Below are positions 8,385 to 10,997 of a DNA stretch of 10,997 nt, piece by piece. This DNA comes from a virus, in the IMG/VR virus record IMGVR_UViG_3300045421_000681, one strand, 5' to 3'. A program made the translations under genes and the position numbers. The notes beneath the pieces are model-generated. The model did no database searches. It worked only from the letters and a program-made list of their open reading frames with translations, and was not told where the DNA came from. Every line of letters starts with the position of its first letter. Positions within the stretch are counted from its first letter, which is position 1.

Positions 8385-9231
8385 ATGGAAAACGAGGAAA
8401 CGCAAGAAAAATTGATTGATAAAATAGGTCTTCTTTCCAAAAAAAACCAAAAACGTTTTCGGTAGACTGCTGAACAAATTTGAGCAAGCGTACGATGTCG
8501 TTGAAACGGAAAAAGCGCAGATTCAACAAGAAAATCAAGAACTTCTTCAAAAAATAAACGAGTTACAAACCTCAGAAAAAATAGAAAAAAGAGAACTGAT
8601 TTCAGAATACGATCTGGTTTACAGGGAGTATCTGGAGGCGCAGGAAAACAATTCTCAAACACAAAAAGAATTGTATCCGTATTCGTCGGTCACCCCCGCC
8701 TATGGCACGGAGATTATTTGGTTTTCTGTGGTTGTGGGTTTGGTGTTTGACTTCTTACTGTGGAGAGATATTTTTTCTGGTAAATTTGGAGACGACATTT
8801 GGGCAGACAGAGCCGAAAGGGCGTCCGCTGTTATCATGTCGTTTTCGTACGCTTTTGTCTGCGCACAACTCGGTGCCGCCTACGCGGTAAAAATGTTCGT
8901 AAAAAAAAGGTCCGCTGTGGACAGCAGCAACATAGAAAAAACTGTCTACAATAAATCAACAGCAAAAGACACTTTCGGAATAAATTCAACCTTATTTTTC
9001 TTGCTTACGATACTCTCTACCGCCGCAAGATTTACTGAAGATGGACTTGATTTTAACGACAAATTTATACTATCATTAGCTGCCACAACTATAGGGCTTG
9101 TGATTTCAGCGATATCATATTGGTACACGGATGTTTACGAGCATTTTATGAAAGCCGCAAAAAACAGAGAGCGAACAGCCAAAAAAAATTTTATCAAAGC
9201 CAGGAAGAAAATAGGTAAAAATGAACGATAA
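8385..9231 (+). CDS. Coiled-coil plus multi-TM membrane protein, interrupted at an A8 run (8439-8446)
   Basis: ATG 8385 after GGAAGAG. It reads MENEETQEKLIDKIGLLSKK, then in the +1 frame TKNVFGRLLNKFEQAYDVVETEKAQIQQENQELLQKINELQTSEKIEKRELISEYDLVYREYLEAQENNSQTQKELYPYSSVTPAYGTEIIWFSVVVG... with no stop until 9231. Confidence 0.75.
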
Positions 9232-9730
9232 AATCAGAAAAATTGTAACAAGAGTTCTGGTTGCAGTCACCGCTTTGGGAATACTTGCGTACATATTCGT
9301 ACCGCAATCAAACGAAACAATAGTCACCCAAACTACGATGGAAACTTTACCAGACACCACCACCACCACCACCACTACAACCCTACCGGAAATAGAGGTG
9401 GCATGCCTGGTTCTTTACGTGAAGGATTCTGCAAAGTTTTTGATGGAGCAGACTCCGTGTTTGGATTCTTATGTCAACAAATATTTCTCACAACAATACG
9501 AGAAACTCGAATTAACCTGCAGATCTTCTGGTGACGGAAGCAAAGTGAACAGAGAACAGTTGTCGGCAAAACGTGGAGAAACACTTCAATTTTACTTGAT
9601 GAAAGTCGGTGTTAAATATGACGACATAATCCTGCAGTCGGTGGCAGACGACCTACCCTACGAGGGTGTGGATCCAAAAACTGAAGAAGGAAAAGTTCTC
9701 AACAGATCGTGCGAAGTCAATGGAAGATAA
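9221..9730 (+). CDS. Membrane-anchored protein with a Thr-rich linker and an OmpA-C-like (peptidoglycan-binding-like) domain
   Basis: One N-terminal TM (IVTRVLVAVTALGILAYIFV), a TTTTTTTTT linker, then LTCRSSGDGSKVNREQLSAKRGETLQFYLMKVGVKYDDIILQSVADDLPYEGVDPKTEEGKVLNRSCEV. This parallels the OmpA-C pattern (TD..G......LS..RA..V..YL...GV...........P.....T..GR..NR.VE). Confidence 0.8.
   Translation: MNDKIRKIVTRVLVAVTALGILAYIFVPQSNETIVTQTTMETLPDTTTTTTTTTLPEIEVACLVLYVKDSAKFLMEQTPCLDSYVNKYFSQQYEKLELTCRSSGDGSKVNREQLSAKRGETLQFYLMKVGVKYDDIILQSVADDLPYEGVDPKTEEGKVLNRSCEVNGR
9356..9382 (+). repeat. Short ACC/Thr codon run (9 Thr)
   Basis: (ACC)6-ACT-ACA-ACC read directly. Confidence 0.9.
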
Positions 9731-10263
9731 AAAACTTGAGAAATGGTTTTCCAACGATAAATTGTTTTTCAAAGAACTATCATCCGGAGACCAGTGGACG
9801 AGATACGTCGCCTCAAAATTGAACGACAGACGGAATAAAATGTCATGTTCCCGATTTCAAAATACGAAAGCACATCAGCGAAAGACATAGATACGCAAGG
9901 ACAGAAAAAGACATCATCCTAGACAACATGCCGGGCCACATTGAGGTAAAATCAAGAAAACTAATTTTCAACAATGAACCAAAATCGTTTCCAATGCCCA
10001 CAGCTTATGTAGATACCGTCAGTGGATGGAACAAAAAAGAAAGCTTGCCGTTGGCCATAATATTAATCAGCCAAGAAACAAAACAGATGCTGGTCATACC
10101 CACCAGCTCAAAAGACAAATGGATCAAAATTGATTCTTTCGACAGAACCAGAAAAATAAAAGATAAATGGTATGCCGCAGAAAAATCTTTACTAAAAGAA
10201 TACGAAACATTCGTTCAATGGCTTTTGGCCAGACAATCATTTGTAAATAAAAAGGAGAAATAA
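9720..10263 (+). CDS. Putative PD-(D/E)xK-family nuclease, interrupted by one frame disruption near 9823-9845
   Basis: MEDKKLEKWFSNDKLFFKELSSGDQWTRYVASKLN continues in the +1 frame as DGIKCHVPDFKIRKHISERHRYARTEKDIILDNMPGHIEVKSRKLIF..., with a D...(15 residues)...ExK arrangement (KDIILDNMPGHIEVKSR). ORFs 9666..9890 and 9928..10263 join through open sequence. Confidence 0.6.
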
Positions 10264-10264
10264 A

Positions 10265-10408
10265 ATGAATCCAGATAAAGAAATAGAACAATTGGAAAGA
10301 GATCTAAAAGAATTGAAAGCTTTACAAAAAGAAATTATAAAACTTGAAAAAGAAATTGAAAAATTAGATAAAAAATTAGCCCAAAAACCCGATAAGGTAG
10401 AGCAGTAA
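10265..10408 (+). CDS. Small coiled-coil protein, 47 aa
   Basis: MNPDKEIEQLERDLKELKALQKEIIKLEKEIEKLDKKLAQKPDKVEQ*, preceded by AAAAGGAGAAATAAA. Not listed in the supplied ORF track, presumably because of length. Confidence 0.75.
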   Translation: MNPDKEIEQLERDLKELKALQKEIIKLEKEIEKLDKKLAQKPDKVEQ

Positions 10409-10451
10409 AAAAACGGTTACTATATCCTCGATTAACTTATCGGGGGTATCC

Positions 10452-10709
10452 ATGGAACAATTAAAGAATATTTTTCTTAGAATAGTTGCAACATTTGCAG
10501 CCAGTGGTTTAAGCGTGGTTGGTGCAGGCACTATAGTTGGAGTACCGATATGGAAGGCTATATTTATGGCAGGTGTAGCTGGCGTAGTTACCGTTGTAGA
10601 GGGCTTGTCGCGTGCATTCCTTGATGACGGCAAGCTCAGCATAAAAGAAATCAATGAAGTCTTCGGTAAAGTAGACAAGAAGGCAAAGAAAGCCGCTGAT
10701 GTCGAATGA
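10452..10709 (+). CDS. Small membrane protein, holin-like candidate
   Basis: MEQLKNIFLRIVATFAASGLSVVGAGTIVGVPIWKAIFMAGVAGVVTVVEGLSRAFLDDGKLSIKEINEVF: 85 aa with two hydrophobic Gly/Ala-rich stretches and a charged C-terminus, located beside a lipoprotein gene. Confidence 0.7.
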   Translation: MEQLKNIFLRIVATFAASGLSVVGAGTIVGVPIWKAIFMAGVAGVVTVVEGLSRAFLDDGKLSIKEINEVFGKVDKKAKKAADVE

Positions 10710-10915
10710 AAAAGGCAATAATAGCGGCGGCTATTTTAGTTTTATCTGGATGTGGATATCAAGGACACTATCGTTACGAATGTCAAGATCCCGCAAACTG
10801 GGAAAATGAAAACTGTAACCCACCCGTATGCCTAGTGGATGGAATGTGCACAGAAAGCTTGTTGGGTTTCGATCCCAAAGAAGTAACCGATACGATTGAG
10901 GGAGAAAAGCCGTGA
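10706..10915 (+). CDS. Small lipoprotein with conserved-looking Cys-rich segment (possible lysis or spanin-like gene)
   Basis: Signal peptide with lipobox: MKKAIIAAAILVLSGC-GYQGHYRYECQDPANWENENCNPPVCLVDGMC. ATGA overlap with the upstream gene. Confidence 0.8.
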   Translation: MKKAIIAAAILVLSGCGYQGHYRYECQDPANWENENCNPPVCLVDGMCTESLLGFDPKEVTDTIEGEKP

Positions 10916-10997
10916 AAAAAAGATTGACATCAGAAGAACTGGACGCACGACTTAAATTTGTGGTTGGCTGTGTGCTTGCAGCCGTATTGACCATGAC
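10912..10997 (+). CDS. 5' end of a small putative membrane protein running off the window
   Basis: GTGA overlap with the upstream stop. Open frame (V/M)KKRLTSEELDARLKFVVGCVLAAVLTM... Confidence 0.6.
   Translation, partial: MKKRLTSEELDARLKFVVGCVLAAVLTM

Noticed and set aside
9115-9375. Antisense ORFs opposite coding genes (9115..9375, 8369..8662, 8946..9128, 10376..10678, 10509..10718, 10731..10994, 3987..4214, 4034..4312, 2840..3130, 1451..1639)
   Set aside because: They lie opposite longer or better supported + strand frames, have no visible ribosome-binding sites and have low-complexity composition such as MVVVVVVS.

Overview
This ~11 kb AT-rich window looks like accessory and late-gene DNA from a bacteriophage, probably marine or environmental. 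The host assignment is uncertain. The best supported feature is a complete, standard-order (non-permuted) tmRNA (ssrA) at 7510-7874 (+). Its acceptor stem, P2, PK1, PK2 and TΨC arm can all be paired by hand. It encodes an unusually long 25-codon tag, ANTIQYSCDWDAELAKLNREVCLVA*. A slightly degenerate tRNA-Gly(UCC) lies at 5033-5103 (-). Around these RNAs are three large proteins: a 5'-truncated ORF ending at 1661, a + strand gene at ~1753-4613, and a - strand gene at ~7478-5443. The last two are visible only after repairing single-nucleotide frameshifts. The three carry, respectively, an ADP-ribosyltransferase-like (ART-like) segment, an HExxH zincin-like segment and a second ART-like segment. 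All three end in basic, Ala/Ser/Lys-rich tails, which suggests virion-delivered effector proteins (hypothesis). The right-hand part is a small-gene cassette: a 4-Cys protein, a coiled-coil plus membrane protein, a membrane-anchored Thr-linker protein resembling OmpA-C, a PD-(D/E)xK-like nuclease, a small coiled-coil protein, a holin-like protein, a lipoprotein and the start of another gene. I count about 13 single-nt frame disruptions. Eleven look like one extra base and two like one missing base, mostly at homopolymers. Sequencing or assembly indels or gene decay must be excluded before any recoding claim.
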